Assembly (NCBI GenBank): GCA_040285855.1
Contig: JAUFOQ010000002.1
Location: forward strand, 1,240,001-1,304,000
Direction of reading: 5' to 3'
Length of the DNA: 64,000 nucleotides
Source of the DNA: Eukaryota sp. GEM-RC1
Taxonomy: Eukaryota
Below are positions 63,001 to 64,000 of this stretch, piece by piece. A program made the translations under genes and the position numbers. Below the pieces are notes generated by a model. The model made no database searches. It was not told the origin of the DNA and was given only the letters and a program-made list of their open reading frames with translations. Each line of letters opens with the position of its first letter. Positions within the stretch are counted from its first letter, which is position 1.

Positions 63001-64000
63001 TCAACAGTTGGTGGCAAATTTAATTCAGAATTGTCAGACAATTGTTCATCATCAGAAGATTCAACCTTATCAACAACAATTGGTTGACTTTTAATTGATT
63101 TTGAACTATTCTTGCTAGATCTTTTGTCATATACTGGTTCCACAACTTCAACAGTTGGTGGCAGATTTAAATTAGAATTGTCAGACAATTGTTCATCATC
63201 AGAAGATTCAACCTTATCAACAACAATTGGTTGACTTTTAATTGATTTTGAACTTTTCTTGCTAGATCTTTTGTCGTAAACTGGTTCAACAACTTCAACA
63301 GTTGGTGGCAAATTAAATTCAGAATTGTCAGACAATTGTTCATCATCAGAAGATTCAACTTGATTAATAAAACTTCTTTGGCTTTTGAAGAAATCTCTTT
63401 CTGTATAACTAGTACCAACATTCATCTTCAACACCTCCACCTTCTTACTCTCTTTAAAAAACTCACCTGGTTTAAACTCACTACCACACGTCCCCTTGAT
63501 TTCCTTTTCCACACATTCAATCAGTACATCAAACAGAAACAACTGATCCTCCAAAGAATAAGAACAAGGTAAACCAGTGGAAAGTTCGTCTTGTAAAAGG
63601 AAAAACGACATTGTTTTCAGACGAGTTAATAATTTAAAAACGCCAGACACCAGACGATTAAAGAACTTTAACACTAGAGTATCTGGAAACGAAAGTTGTA
63701 CAAGAAAACGGTAAAGTACAAGCAGCAAAACGAGGATTAAGAATAGAAGATGAAAAGGGATCAAAATCAAATTGATTGGGATCAACAATGAAGGCATGTG
63801 ATTTAGAATATTTGACTGGGATCAACAATGTGGGACAGAGATCATCGACTAAATCAAAACTACAATACACTTCAGCTAATATGATATCAGTCAGCCGTCC
63901 AACCAACTCTCTGTTTCTAGACACAGTCGCAATTAAGGAAAGTCTACATAATCGGGTAACGTCATCACAATCTTGGAGGTCAGAAGGGAACGTGACAAAG
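57081..64000 (-). CDS. Giant protein with about 32 x 49-aa repeats and a helical C-terminal domain; enters from the window edge; several 1-nt frameshifts
   Basis: Adjacent minus-strand ORFs (63658-63924, open to the edge; 61257-63797; 58042-61278; 57260-58039; 57081-57338) overlap or abut across apparent 1-nt frameshifts. Confidence 0.75.
58676..63360 (-). repeat. 147-bp coding tandem repeat, about 32 copies (VESSDDEQLSDNSNLNLPPTVEVVEPVYDKRSSKKSSKSIKSQPIVVDK)
   Basis: Period of 147 nt (e.g. GTTCATCATCAGAAG at 61721 and 61868). Confidence 0.95.

Overview
Very compact, AT-rich eukaryotic (protist) chromosome segment using the standard genetic code. Epsilon-tubulin and other ciliary genes point to a flagellate, possibly metamonad-like (inference only). 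Recognisable genes: epsilon-tubulin, TMEM249-like, V-ATPase C, Raptor, DUS3, eIF4A, SCAPER-like, NAC-alpha, API5-like, CCCH-PUF, BCD1, a prokaryote-like RtcA, GCN1, RBM28/Nop4 and tRNA-Asn. Many genes are split by 1-2 nt indels, mostly in homopolymers and most likely long-read assembly error. A separate class of breaks is explained by tiny 27-33 nt spliceosomal introns. These share a GTWTG donor and an invariant putative branch A exactly 7 nt from the 3' end, and one of them ends in TG. The ORF track misses a bacterial-type secreted M12/reprolysin-like metalloprotease with near-identical 70-aa InlB-B-like repeats (minus strand, 2922 to the window edge). Mobile DNA comprises three hAT-type elements with intact 8-bp TSDs (one whose TSD contains the PUF start codon) and several CRE-like RT/RLE retrotransposon fragments. 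The window ends in a giant gene carrying about 32 copies of a 147-bp coding repeat.
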